A DNA stretch of 64,000 nucleotides, taken from positions 113,214,001 through 113,278,000 of the forward strand of contig NC_086108.1 in assembly GCF_963921235.1 (NCBI RefSeq), given 5' to 3'. Every line of letters starts with the position of its first letter. Position 1 is the first letter of the stretch. Positions 36,744 to 49,937 of the stretch are shown one piece after another. The notes beneath the pieces are model-generated. The model was not told the DNA's origin. It saw only the letters and a program-made list of their open reading frames with translations, and did not search any database. The position numbers and the translations under genes were made by a program. The stretch comes from Mobula hypostoma (Eukaryota).

Positions 36744-36917
36744 GGGAAGGGGAGAGGGGAGTAGGAGAGGGGGAGGGGGTAGAGAGGGGGAGGGAGGATG
36801 GGGAGAGGAGGGAGGGGGAGAGAAGGGGGAGAGAGAGCGGGGAGAGAGGGGGAGGGGAGAGAGAGGTGGGGAGAGAGAGGGGGGAGGGGGAGAGAGAGGG
36901 GAGAGGTGGGGGAGAGA
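36744..36917. repeat. Almost pure G/A polypurine low-complexity tract
   Basis: Directly visible. Confidence 0.9.
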
Positions 36918-36939
36918 TCATGGATTTCACTAACCTGGT

Positions 36940-37337
36940 AATTTCTCCATTCTGGTTCCTCTCTCATGTCTTCTCCTCGCTTGCCTATCACCTCCTTCTG
37001 GTGCCCCTCCTCCTTCCCTTTCCTCCATGGTGTACTCCCCTCTCCGATCAGATTGTTTTCTTCAGCCCTTTACCTCTTCCACCCACACCTCCTAATTTCT
37101 TACTTCATCCCACACCCTTACCCAACTACACACCTACCCCCTCAGCTGGTCCCACCTATCACCCTCTATTTTGTACTCTTCCCCCTCACCCTCTTCCTTT
37201 CCAGTCCCAATGAAGGGTCTCAGCCTAAAACATCAACTGTTTATTTCCCTTCATAGATGCTAGTTGACTTCCTGAATTCCTCCACCATTTTGTCTGTGTT
37301 GCTCTGGATTTCCAGCATCTGTAGAATCTCTTGTGTT
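36940..37337 (+). mobile_element. Penelope-like pLTR with decayed hammerhead (37202-37239)
   Basis: Homology to 57617-58045 including the ggatttccagcatctg tail. Confidence 0.75.
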
Positions 37338-37809
37338 AAACCTGGAGATGGCTGAATGGTAGTCCAGTAGAGGTTTCAGGGACAGATAGGATCGAAATAC
37401 AAGGCAGCGGCCAAATAGGAACAAAGAGGGAAGAATGAGAGTACGGGTGAGAGTTCAAAAGTTCAAAGTTGAAAGTAAATTTATTATGAATGTATGTATA
37501 TGTCACCATGTAGACCCAGAGATTCATTTTCTTGCAGGCATTCACAGCAGAACAAAGGAATACAATAGAATCAATGAAAAATTACACACAAAGACTGACA
37601 AGCCACTAATGTTCAAAAGGCAAAATGTGTAAATGCAAAAAAACACTAGTTAAATAAAGACCTAAAGAAAGAATGCTGAGACGACGAGTTGTGGAGTCTC
37701 TGACAGTGAGCCATAATGGTAACTGCACACACTGGGAAACAGCAACCACTCCCATATCAGAATCACATTACAATGGCCACGCTAACTCACAATGTAGGAC
37801 AATACATAC

Positions 37810-37854
37810 CTGCTTCCCCGGTGGACCTGGCAGACCTTGGAATCCTTTGGAACC
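37810..37854 (-). CDS. COL24A1: Collagen exon, 45 bp, GSKGFQGLPGPPGKQ
   Basis: ttttctgttag|GGT...CAG|gtatgt. Confidence 0.93.
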
Positions 37855-37949
37855 CTAACAGAAAAATACATAAGAGTTCAGTTTGCTGACCGGGCGCTGT
37901 AAGTCTTAACATAACCCAGAGAGGCTACGCAGCAGAATCGAGTCCAGAG

Positions 37950-38325
37950 CAACACACACAAAATGATGGAGGAACGAATCAGGTCACACAACATCTCTGG
38001 GGGTGAGTCGATGTTTCAAACCGAGATCTTTCATCGGGACTGGAAAGGAAGGGAGAAGATGGCAGGATAGAAGGTGGAGGGATGGGAAGAAATACAAACA
38101 GACAGGAGATAGGTGAGACCAGGTGGGTGGGTATGATGAAATAAGAAGGTGGAAGGTGATAGGTAGAAAAGGTTAGGGGCTGAAGAAGAAGGAATCTGAT
38201 AGGAGAGGAGAGTGGACTATGAGAGAAGGGGAAGGAGGAGCAGCACCAAGGGGAGCTGACAGGCAGGTGAGAGACCTGAATGGGAGATTGAAAAAGAGAG
38301 TATGCGGAGAGGAAAAATTGCCAGT
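37950..38325 (-). mobile_element. Penelope-like pLTR with decayed hammerhead (38005-38042)
   Basis: Reverse complement reads cagtc-ccgatga-aagatctcggttt-gaaa-catc-gactc. Confidence 0.72.
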
Positions 38326-38504
38326 ATATCGGCTATGACAGTGCAGAGATAGCTTACCGGGCTTTCAGTTAACAAGTGCTTATTAGAGTAAACCTAATTG
38401 TTTCCCACCATGAAGCACAACTTTGTTTAAATATAAAAAGCACTTTTGTTTATATCAGAATTACAAACAAAACTAAACAAATTTCCCTCATTTTACTCTG
38501 TACA

Positions 38505-39312
38505 GACCATTAGATATTAGGCCAGAATTAGGCCATTCTGCCCATCGAGTCTGCTCCACCATCCTATCAGGTCTGATCTATTATCCCTTTCAACCCCATT
38601 CTTCTGTCTTCTCCCTGTAATCTTTCACACCCTGACTAATCAAGAACCAATCAACCTCCACTTTAAATATACCCAATGACTTGGCCTCCACAGTCGACTG
38701 TGGCAATGAATTCCACAGATTCACCACCCTCTGGCTAAAGAAATTCCTCCTCATCTCTGTTCTAAAGGGACTCTCTTCCACGTCCACTACAGGGCTGATG
38801 GAATATGAACCAGGATGGCCGATTGGCTCTGACATGAACCTGCATCAGAGCTGTGCCAGGCGTTAAGTCACAGAGTCAGACAGCACCAAACAGGCACTCC
38901 AGCTTATGCCACGTCCTTGGGAAAGCAGATAGCATCTCACCGAACCTATCGGACATTGAAAGGCCTAGAAAGAGTGGATGTGGAGAGCACATTTCCTCTT
39001 GTGGGGGAATCTAGGACCAGAGGGCACAGCCTCAGAATGGAGGGGCAACCATTTAGAACAGAGATGAGGAGTAATTTCTTTAGCCAGAGGGTGATGAATT
39101 TGTGGAAGTCAATGCGGTAGATGGCTGTGGAGGCCAAGTCATTGGGTATAGTTAAAGTGGAGGTTGATAGGTTCTTGATGTCAGAGTGTCAAAGGTTATG
39201 GGAGAGAAGACAGGAGAATGGGATTGAGAGAGAGAATAAATCAGCCGTGAGGGGATAGGTGGAGCAGGCTTGATGGGCCAAATGGCCTCATTCTGTTCCT
39301 ATGTCTTATGGT
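38505..39312. mobile_element. Two oppositely oriented CR1 3' fragments (38505-38775 minus; 38940-39312 plus)
   Basis: PFRTEMR(R/S)NFFSQRV(V/M)NLW in both orientations. Confidence 0.8.
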
Positions 39313-39348
39313 CGGAATTTCTTCAAATTTTAATAAAGAGACTTTTAC

Positions 39349-39402
39349 CTTTTCACCTGTAGGGCCGGTTGGCCCAATTGGCCCAGCAGGTCCTGGATCA
39401 CC
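39349..39402 (-). CDS. COL24A1: Collagen exon, 54 bp, GDPGPAGPIGPTGPTGEK
   Basis: ctctcttacatag|GGT...AAG|gtaaaa. Confidence 0.93.
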
Positions 39403-40659
39403 CTATGTAAGAGAGCAAAGGCACTTTAGAGAGATAATTGAGACAACAACAACGGAACTTGCAACATTTACCAAAAAGGATATTCAGTTACTGGTCTCTG
39501 CAGAAAGTACAGTGAAGTGTGAGTAATTGGAGACCCCACCATAGGTTAGGATAGGATTGATGGGCTGAACATTCCCCATGACGGTTTCATCACTGACTGG
39601 TCAAATTTAAGCTTCTCCATTCATTAACCCGAGGGGTTTAGAATTAGACAATGGAACAGTACAGTACAGGCCCTTTGGCCCACAAAGATGTGTCAACCCT
39701 TTAACTTACTCCAAGATCAATCTAACCCTTCCCTCCTGCATAGCCCTCTATTTTTTATCACCCCTGTGCCTCTCTAAGAATTTCTTAAGTGTCCCTAATG
39801 TACCGGCCACTACCAGCACCCCTGGCAGTGTGTCCCACACACCCACCACCTATACTTTCCTCCAAAAAGCTGTCTACTCAATCCGTGCCCCAACACCTTG
39901 ATACCCTTCTGTCAAATCAACTTGTTGGAGAGATTAGGGTCATTTGTTACACACACATCAGAGCATATAGTGCTTGGGAGAGAGTGCCGGAGTGACTAGG
40001 GTGAGTAGCCATGGTGCGTTGTGTGGACGGTGCACTCTGCAGTCACTGTCGGCTGATGGTGGAGGGAGGGGTTATTTAAGGGGTGCATGGGGTGCCCATC
40101 AAAGGGCAGTTTTGCCCTGGATGGTATCAAGTTCTAGATTTGCACTCACCCAAGTAAGAGGGCTCAGAATAGAGGGACGGCCATTTAGAACAGAGATGAG
40201 GAAAAATGCCTTCAGCCTGAGGCTGGTGAATGTGTGGAATTCATTGCCATTGATGGCAGTGGAGATCAAGTCATTGGGTATACTTACAGTGGAAGTTGAT
40301 CATTTCTTGATTAGTCAGGGTGAGAAGGCAGGAGAATGGGGTTGAGTGGGATAATAAATCAGCCATGATGGAATGGAGGAGCGGACTCGATGGATCAAGT
40401 GGCTTTATTCTGGTCCAATGTCTTATGATCTTATGGTTTAAGTGGAGAGAGTCCATCACACTTCTGAGTTGTGCCATGTTGATGGGAGGCAGGATTCATG
40501 GAATTAGAAAAGGGCCATTCATTCATATTATTCGCATTTAAATAGTATTAATTCAGAGAGTGAAGAACTTCCTCCTGTAGGGAAACTTTTAAAGCCATGG
40601 TCTCTAAATTTGTTAAATGTGGTATCGTGGGTGCAGGGTTAGTTGTTCTTTGTAGCTAA

Positions 40660-40950
40660 GATACAGAGATACTGCCTGGAAACTGGCCTCCATCCTACTG
40701 AGTCCATAGTAACAATCACCCACCCATTGACGCCAATTCTCCAACGCTCATTCTCCCCACATTCCCAACAACTCCCCCCAGATTCCACCCCTCGCCCACA
40801 CACTGGGGATAATTTTCAGAGGCCCATTAACCCACTGACCCACACGTCTTTGGGAAACAGCAGCGCCCGGGAGAAACCCACACCAACAAATGGAGAACAT
40901 GTGAACTCCACATTGACAGCAGCGGAGGCCGGGATGTGATCCGATCGGCA
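40660..40950 (-). mobile_element. V-SINE (HE1-like), decayed
   Basis: cccacacgtctttggg...gagaacatgtgaactccaca. Confidence 0.65.
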
Positions 40951-41441
40951 GTCCGTGTGGGAGGAGGAGCTGAATGGGGGGGGGGTGACCTTACCTGCTT
41001 TTCAATGATCCACTTCAAAGGAAATTCATTTGATTTCCCTCCCTCCACTACCGGTACACATGAAGGTAGAGTACAGCTTCCACACAAGCCCCCCAAGATG
41101 GAACAATCACCACCCACCTTCTCATGCAACAAGCAGACTGAGAGATAATGGAAGACAACCACCACAACTGAGGAACACAGATGCCGGCTGCGGATGGAGA
41201 TAGAGTGTGGACAGGAGAGTGGATCAAACCAACACGACATGCATGACATGAGGCCGAGGACGCGACCATCGTACAGCCACTCCCCCATACACAGTTCGAC
41301 TGCTCCCCTTCCCAATGCAGAAGGACACATGGACTAGTGGACCATGCAGACAACAAAGAGAGGGATGGAGGGAGTTGGTTGTGAAGGAAACATGGGAATT
41401 CTGGAGACATGGAACACTGACAGCAACCTGTACTTGTTTAC

Positions 41442-41495
41442 CTGTTCTCCGCGTGGTGCTTTAATCGGGAACAAGCCCGGTTCTCCTTTCGGACC
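41442..41495 (-). CDS. COL24A1: Collagen exon, 54 bp, GPKGEPGLFPIKAPRGEQ (interruption between minor and major helix)
   Basis: cctacatcag|GGT...CAG|gtaaac; Gly-X-Y is broken by PIKAPR at the position expected for clade C collagens. Confidence 0.88.
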
Positions 41496-42021
41496 CTGAT
41501 GTAGGAATTACGGATTCAACACAGAAAGACTGAGAACAGCCCTCCCCGGAACTTACTATGGTCCTAAACAATGCTTTTACACTCTGATAATGACCACACT
41601 TGCATTAAATACTCATTAACTGCAGTAAAACAAACAGAAGCATTAAAGTTCAAAGTTCAAACATCAAAGTTCAATGTAAATTAATCATCAAAGTACATAT
41701 ATGTCACCATATACAACCACGAGATACAATTTCTTGTGGGAATACTCAATAAATCCAATAATCGTAATAGAATCAAGGATCCCCACCATCAGGCCAGGCT
41801 CTCTTCTCACTGCTGCCATCAGGAAGAAGGTACAGGAGCCACAGGACCTACACCATCAGGTTCAGGAACAGTTATTACCCCTCAACCATCAGGCTCTTGA
41901 ACCAAATGGGATAACTTCACCTGCCCATCAATGAAATGTTCCCACAGTCTATGGACTCACTTTCAAGGACTCTTCATCTCATGTTCTCAATATATATTGA
42001 TTATTTATTTGTTATTGGGTA

Positions 42022-42432
42022 GTGGGTAGTGGCTCCATATCTCACTAGCGTGACGACCCTGCCTTACACGAGTCCCGGGCTCAGCTGGCTCCGGCTGACA
42101 GTACCCGGTATGGGCCCCTATCCAGGGTTATGGATCCCACTGCCTTGTCGGTATCTTCCGGAGAAGAGGAGGCTGAGGAGTAATCCCTACACAAATCCGG
42201 AGTGGAGCCCCTAAGGCGGTTGGATGACGTATCACGTCACCTTCCAGCAGCTCCTGCAGCCAAGCTGATGCCAAATGTACTGCTTCAAATTCCTTTGGAC
42301 CACATCCGCGAGGCCAAGAGGGGGATCTTGATGTCTGGGCAGCCCAGGACCTCCATATTCATCGCCCAGGTCTGTGCCCCGGAACAGGCACATCCCTTGT
42401 CTACTTAGACAGACGGAGCCATGTTGATGATA
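42022..42432 (+). mobile_element. About 410-bp non-coding RTE-type retroposon inserted into a Rex-like 3' UTR
   Basis: Host tail is interrupted near 42017 and resumes near 42431; ends in a gatgat-like tail. Confidence 0.5.
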
Positions 42433-43311
42433 TTATTGCTATATCTCCTTTTTGTATTTGCACAGTTTGAGGTCTTTGCACACTGGTTGAATGCCCAAGT
42501 TGGGCAGTTTTTCATTGATTCTGTTATGGTTATTATTCTATAGATTTATTCAGTATACCCGTAAGAAAATGAATCTCAGGGTTCTATATAGTGACATATA
42601 TGTACTTTGATAATAAAGTTTACTTTGAACTTTGAAAAACCGCTCCAGCTGGGTATAAACCAGTGTGCAAAAGACAACAGCCAGTGCAAAAAGCAATAAA
42701 CAAGCAATAAATATGAAAAACATGAGATGACAGTGAGTTCATAGGTTGTGGGAACAGTTCGGTGATGGAGAAAGTGAAATGAAATTGATTGTAGTTAGCC
42801 CTTTTGGTTCCTGATGGTTGAGGGGTAATAACTGTTCCAGAACCTGGTGATGTGGGTCCTGAGGCTCCTGAACCTCCTGCCTGATGGTTGAGGGGTAATA
42901 ACTGTTCCTGAACCTGGTGGTGTGAGTCCTGAGGCTCCTGTACCTCCTTCTTGATGGTTGAGTAGGTGACTCTGACAGGAAATGATAAAGGATATCTGCC
43001 CCTCATTCTATTTAGGCTTCTCAATTTATTGAAATATTTGGCATGTTAGCAATGAAAAAATGCCATGCAAAAATTATTTATTTATTTATTGTCCTTATAT
43101 AATGTCAACATGGCTATTAAGATAATTGAATTAAATGAAAATGAGTTTTTGTTTCCAAACCAGACAGGAACAGCATGGTTGTTGTCATCTGCTGCAAGAA
43201 CTCTTGAGTCAAGCCAAATCATCAAGTTGAGTCAAGTTTACTGTCATTTTAATAAAATAACATGTATATAATGTATACACGCTACATTATATATTACATG
43301 CTACATGTTAT

Positions 43312-45430
43312 GGCTGCAACTCCTTGAAGACCGTGTTAGGGATCTGGAGCAGCATCTGGATGACCTTCAGCGAGGAGATCATCGATCAGAGCTACAGGGA
43401 AGTGGTCACCCTGAAGTTGCAGGAGGCAGGTAGCTGGGTGACTGTCAGTAGAAATGAAAATGTGAATTGACAGTTAGCACAGAGCACCCCTGTGGACCTT
43501 CCCCTCAAACATAAGCATGCCACTTTGGATAGTGTTGTGAGGGATGACCTTCCAGGGGAATGCCATGGAGATCAGATTTCTGGTACTGACCATGGGCTCT
43601 GTGGTGCAAAAGGGAAAGAGGGAGAAGAGGAGAAGAGGGGAATGGTAATGATAGGGGATGCAATAGTTAGGGGAACAGACAGGAGGTTCTGTGGATATGA
43701 ACGGGACACCCGGATAGTTTGTTGTCTCCCAGGTGCCAGGATCAGGACATCTCGGATCACATGGGTGAAGGAGAGCAGCCAGATGTCTTGGCCAGATGAA
43801 AAACACAGAGATCCTGAAAAAAAAAATTTACAGAGCTAGGTAGAAAGCAGAGAAGCAGGACCTCCCAGGTAGTAATTTCTGGGTGGTGTGGCTCTGCTGG
43901 AGAAGAGTGGCATCAAATCAGTGGAAAGATGTTGAATCCTTGGCGGTTGAGTTAAGAAACTGCAAGGGTAAACAGACCCTGATGGCACCCTCCCAACACT
44001 AGCTGGGATGTGGACCACAGATTGCAACAGGAAATAAAAAAAAGGCATGTCAAAAGGACAATGTTATAATATTCATGGGAGATTTTAACATGCAGGACAA
44101 TTGGGAAAATCAGGTTGGTAATTTGATAGGGAATACTGACTTGGCAGTATTTTAGTGGAGTAAAGGAAATTACAGTGACCAGATTAAATTGGAAGGAGAT
44201 GCTGGCAGGGATGACAGCAGAGCAGCAATGGCATAGGTTTCTAGGGAAGATGAGGAAGGTGCAGGATAGATGTATTCCAAAAACGAAGAAGTACTCAAAT
44301 GGCAAAATAGTACAACCGTGGCTGACGAGGGAAGTCAAAGCAAGTGTAAAAGTAAAGCAGAGGGTATAAAACAAAGCAAAAGTTAGTGGCAAAACAGAGG
44401 ATTGGAAAGCTTTTAAAACCCTGCAGAGAGCAACTGAAAGAATCATAACAAGGGAAAAGGTGAAATATGAAAGCAAGCTAGCAAACAATATCAAAGTGGA
44501 TAGTAAAACCTTTTTCAAGTATGTAAAAAAAAAGAAAGATGAGAGTGGACATTGGACCACTAGAAAATGAGGCTTGAGAAATAATAACGGGGGACAAGGA
44601 GATGGTAGATGAACTAAATGAGTATTTTGCATCAGTCTTCACTGTGGAAGACACTAGCAGTGTGCCAGATGTTGAAGGGTGTGAGGGAAGAGAAGTGAGT
44701 GCAGGTACTATTACAAGGGGGAAGGTGCTCAAAAAGCTGAAAGACCTAAGGGTAGATAAGTCTCTCAGGCCGGATGAACTGTACCCTAGGGTTCTGAAAG
44801 AGGGAGGTAGCAGAAGAGATTGTGGAATCATTAGTAGTGATCTTTCAAAAATCATTGGACTCTGGCATAATGCTGGAGGACTGCTAAATTGGAAATGTCA
44901 CTTCACTCTTTAAGAAAGGAGGAAGGCAGCAGAAAGGAAATTATAGACCATTTAGCCTGACATCAGTGGTTGGGAAGATGTTAGAGTCAATTGTTAAGGT
45001 TGAGATTATGGAGTACTTGGTGACACAGGACAAGATAGAACAAAGTCAGTATGGTTTCCTTCAGGGAAAATTCTGCCTGACAAACCCATCGGAATTCTTA
45101 GAGGAGATTACAAGTACGATAGATAAAGGCGATACAGTGGATTTTGTATATTTGTCTTTCAGAAGGTGTTTGACAAGGTGCTACACATGAGGCTGCTTAC
45201 CAAGTTAAGAGCCCATGGTATTACAGGAAAGTTACTGGCATGGTTAGAGCATTGGCTGATTGATAGGAGAATTGGGGAGGGGCAGGTAGTGTTGAGGAAA
45301 CAGGTAGGCTGCAGAAGGATTAAGATACATTAGGAGAATGGGTAGGAAAGTGGCAAATGAAATCTAACGTTGGAAAATGCATGGTCATGCACTTTGGTAG
45401 ACTAAATAAATGTGCAGACTATTTTCTAAT
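43312..45430 (+). mobile_element. Internally deleted CR1 LINE (ORF1 esterase part, ORF2 pieces), related to 48520-55225
   Basis: MIGDAIVRGTDRRFCGYERDTRIVCCLPGA; MVDELNEYFASVFTVED; QSQYGFLQGKFCLTN. Confidence 0.85.
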
Positions 45431-45434
45431 TTTC

Positions 45435-46580
45435 CATTGCATCACCGACACCAGCCCACCTGCCATCAACGACGTATATACAGAAAAGTGCTGGAAAAGA
45501 GCCAGTAACATCATGAAGGATCCCACCCTCCCTGCTCGTGGACTGTTTGTCCCACCCCCATCAGGGAGGAGGCTACGTAGCATCCACACCAGGACCACCA
45601 GACTCAAAAACAGTTACTTTCCCCAAGCAGTGAGGTTGATCAACACCTCCACCCACTAACCCACCCCTCCACACCCCCAATCACCATTACTTTATCATTT
45701 CCTGTCAGTCACTTTATGTACAGACACTCCTGTGCCTACTGTCACTCTATGAACATACAGTTAATCTATGGAGATAAGCTATCTACTGTATTTACAGTAT
45801 ATTTATTATGTTTTCATATTATTTTGTTCTTTGTCTTATTTTTTGTGTGCTGTACTAGACCTGAAGTAACAATTCTTTTGTTCTCCTTTACACATGTACT
45901 GGGATTTAAACAATCATTTAACAAAAACTATCTTGAAGTTTGAAAGCTAATTTCCATCAACTCTTTTGACCGTTGTCTATGTCTGTGGGCACGAATCAGG
46001 ATGTTGCAGCCTCAAACCCGAGCCTAGCATCCAAGCGCAGAATTGTGACATTAATTCATGACTGAGGTTACAGTAGGGCAGGGGCACCATCTGGTATGGA
46101 GGGGCTACTACACAGGATCAGACAAAGCTGCAGAAAGTTGTAAACTCAGCCAGCTCCATCATGGGCACTGATCTTCCCAGCATCCAGGACTCCTTCAAAA
46201 GGTGATGACTCAAAAAGGCACCGCCCATCATTAAGGAACCCCATCACCCAGGACATGCCTTCCTCTCATTGCTACCATCAGGAAGGAGGTACAGGAGCCT
46301 GAAGTCACACTCTCAACCATTCAAGAACAGCTTCTTCCCCTCTGCCATCAGATTTCTGAATGGACAATGAACCATGAACACTATCTCACTATTTTATTTT
46401 CTTTTTGCACCACTTATTTAATTTAATGTGTATAAATCAAACAAGTGTGTAGATGTATATATCTATTTATATATTATTGTAATTTATAGTTTTTTATTAT
46501 TGTGTATTACACTGTATTGCTGCCGTAAAACAACAAATCTCATGACATACTTGAGTGAAATTAAACCTGATTTTGATTCT
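45435..46580 (+). mobile_element. Two Rex1/Babar-type 3' fragments (45435-45925; 46085-46580)
   Basis: ASNIMKDPTLPARGLFVPPPSGRRLRSIHTRTTRLKNSYFPQAVRLIN and a homologue of 290-640. Confidence 0.75.
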
Positions 46581-46699
46581 CTCTATGGGCTGTTTTGACA
46601 CATCCTCATGTTAGATAAGAAAGATTTCAGCGGGGTCTTGAATCAGGGGTCAAGTCTCCACACGTCTGGTCAGAGATCAAATAAATATTTTACAGTTGT

Positions 46700-47040
46700 A
46701 GAGTCATGGGGAGACAGATCACAAGGACAGGTCCTTAAACCCCATTGAGTCTGTGCTGGCCATTAACCAGCCATTGACATTAATCTTACACTGATCCCAT
46801 TCCACTCTGCTCACAATCCCAACAACTCAGCCCACATTACACCCATCACCCACACACGGGGGTGATCTACAGCAACCAATTAACCTCCTGACCCACACGT
46901 CTTTGGGGTGTGGGAGGGAACTGGAGCACCCAGGGAAAATCCATGGGGTCACAGGGAGGACATGCAAACTTCACACAGACATCATCGGAGATCAGGATCA
47001 AACCCGGGTCTCTGGAGGACAAACTGCTGGACCACTGTGA
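46700..47040 (-). mobile_element. V-SINE (HE1-like)
   Basis: acccacacgtctttggggtgtgggagggaactggagcaccc...gatcaggatcaaacccgggtc. Confidence 0.75.
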
Positions 47041-47817
47041 TATCGAGGATAAATCAGGTAACTGATTGGGCAGATTCATCTTCCCAAAGGACATTAGTGG
47101 TCTCGAACAAAGTACTGAGAATGATTATCCTTCTTGATCCCAGGTTTAACTTCTCTAGCTGAATACCCTTCTTGAACAAGAAGGGATAACTTCACTCAAC
47201 TTCACTCACCCCAGCAGTGAACCGTTCCCACAAACTATGGACTCCCTTTCAATAAACCTCCATCTCATGTTCTTGATATTTATTTCTTATTTAGATTGCT
47301 TATTTCTTATTTCTTATTTATTTGCTTATTTCTTATTTAGATTGTTTTTTCATTTTGATTTATGCAGTTTGTTGTCTTTTGTACATGGTTATCTGTCTTT
47401 ATTGTGTACGGTCTTTCATTGATTCTACTGAGCTTCATTGTAATTACTGTGAATGCCCATAGGAAAATGAATCTCCGCACCTTATATGGTGACATATATG
47501 TACTTGAATAATAAATTTACTTTGAACTTTAAGATATCACTCCCTCCAGCAGAACCAGATTCTGGCAGGGGAACTCAAAGTTCCAGGAGTCTGTCGTCAG
47601 CTCTCCCATTTCCCCTCAAGCCCACGGATTGCCGGTCCTGAGAAGGAAGCAGCTGGGGTTAACTGCCCAAAGCTTATGTACGATTTACATTTGGCCTCAG
47701 CCCATGAATGCAGATAATGATTTAATGGTTTGGGACTGCAGGAGGCTTCAAAGTCTGAGTACATATGGAAAACGGCAGGTTACAGACACAGATTAATGGC
47801 TGAGGAATTGCACGTAC

Positions 47818-47871
47818 CTTGAGGCCCGGTAGGCCAGGTAATCCTGGATTCCCGTGTGATCCGGGTAATCC
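47818..47871 (-). CDS. COL24A1: Collagen exon, 54 bp, GLPGSHGNPGLPGLPGLK
   Basis: cttgtatccgcag|GGA...AAG|gtacgt; perfect Gly-X-Y. Confidence 0.93.
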
Positions 47872-49937
47872 CTGCGGATACAAGAAGACCAGGTTTTTCA
47901 GAACCTTGCTAACATCTCGCTAAAATGATTACATTAACTCAGTTTTAAACAAAACATTTGGAACTGATAGAATTCTCTGTAATTTATTGTTCCCACCTCG
48001 GGGCAGATGCGGCTTGGCAGCCATAGTTGGCATCTCATCTGGGAGAAGGAAAACTCTGATCTTAAACCTCCACTGACTTGTAGCAATACCCACTAACAGG
48101 GAATGCTTCAGGAGTAAACTCCCAGGAAACATTCATCAATCATCAGATTCTAGAACCGGGGGGATAACTTCACTCACTCCAACAGCGAAATGTTCCCACA
48201 ACCTATGGACTCACTTTCAAGGACTCTTCATCTCATTTCTCCATATTTATGATTTATTTATTCATTATTATTTCCATTTTTTCTTTCTTTCTGTATTTTT
48301 ACATTCTGTTCTCTTTTGCACATTTTGGGTGCCGTCTTTCACTGATTCCATTGTGTTTCTTGTAATTGCTGTGATTGTCCACGTGTCCGCAAGAAAATGA
48401 CTCTCAGAGTTGTATATGGTGACATATATGTACTTTGATAGTAAATGTACTTTGAACTTTGAACTATGACTTTACAACTCATTCTGGCGGCACAATAAAA
48501 TAAAAGTACATAAAAGTACAGAATGGACAAGTGGAGCGGCCATTGTTGGAGCGGGCCAGTGGTGAGAGTGGGAGTGTCAAGCTTTGGCTCAAAGGAGGCT
48601 TTGGCTCAGAAGAGGCATTGGCTCTGGGGAAGTTGCCTGGGTAAGTTTCTGTTAAGTTTCCCTTTTTTCTTACTGTGTCAGGGATGCTTAGTGTGGCTTA
48701 TACGGCCATTGTGTGTTCTTCATGCTGGATGCTAGAGTCCTAGGAGACCCAGAGTCTCCGAGGGAACTACATCTGCGTGGAGTGCATCCAGCTGCAGCTC
48801 CTTGAAGACCGAGTTAGGGATCTGGAGCAGCAAATGGATGACCTTTGGCTTGTATGGGAAAGTGACGGGATCATTCATCGGAGTTACAGGGAAGTAGTCA
48901 CCCCTAAGTTGCAGAAAGTGGGTAGCTGGGTGACTGTCAAGAGAAGAAATGGGAAGGTGAATAGGCAGTTAGCACAGAGCACCCCTGTGGCCATTCCCCT
49001 CAATAATAAGTAAACGGTTTTGGATACTGCTGTGGCGTTGACCTCCCAGGGGGATGCCTCAGAGACCAGGTTACTGGCACTGACCATGGGTCCATGGTGT
49101 AGAAGGGAAAGTGAGAGAAGAGGGGAGCAGTATTGATAGAGGACTCAATAATGAGGGGAACAGACAGGAGATTCTGTGGACATGAACGGGACACCCGGAA
49201 GGTATGTTGCCTCCCATGTGCCAGGGTCAAGGACATCTCAGATCGCATCCACAACTCTTTCGAGAGAGAGGGAGAGCAGCCAGATGTCTTGGTAGGTACA
49301 TATTGGTACCAATGACATGGGAAGGAAAAGCACAGAGCTCCTGAAAAGAGAATTTAGAGAGCTAGGTAGAAAGCTGAGAAGCAGGATCTCCAGGGTAGTA
49401 ATTTCTGGATTGCTGCCTGTGCCACGCACCAGTGAGGGTAGAAATAGGATGATTTGGCAAATAAATATGTGGCTGAGAAGCTGGTGCAGGGAGCGGGGCT
49501 TCAGATTCTTGGATCACTGGGATCTCTTCTGGGGGAGATAAAACCTGTAGAAAGTGACAGGTTGCATCTGAATATGGGGGGACCAATATTCTCATAGGCA
49601 GGGTTGTTAGAGCTGTTGGGGAGGGTTTAAACTCATTTGGCGGGGGGTGGTGGGAACTGGAATGAAAGGACTCAGGACAGGACGGATGGTTAAAAAACAA
49701 AGATAGCATGCAGTCAGATTGTCAGGAAGGGCAGGCAGATGATAGGACATACTGTAATTGCACCCAGCATGGTGAGTATCAGAGCATTAAGGAGGCGGAA
49801 GCTAAAAGCTTAGCAAATACAGTATTCAAAGTGTTATATCTCAAAGAAATAAGGTGGATGAACTTGTTACACTATTAAAGATTGTCACTGAATCGTGGCT
49901 GAAGGATGGTTGTTGTTGGAAGCTGAATGTCCAAGTT

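Noticed and set aside
36667..37213. Pro/Ser/Leu-rich and Gly/Glu/Arg-rich ORFs
   Set aside because: Artefacts of the polypurine tract and the adjacent pLTR.
42810..42961. About 70-bp direct duplication
   Set aside because: Ordinary tandem duplication within a decayed Rex-type 3' fragment, with no further structure.
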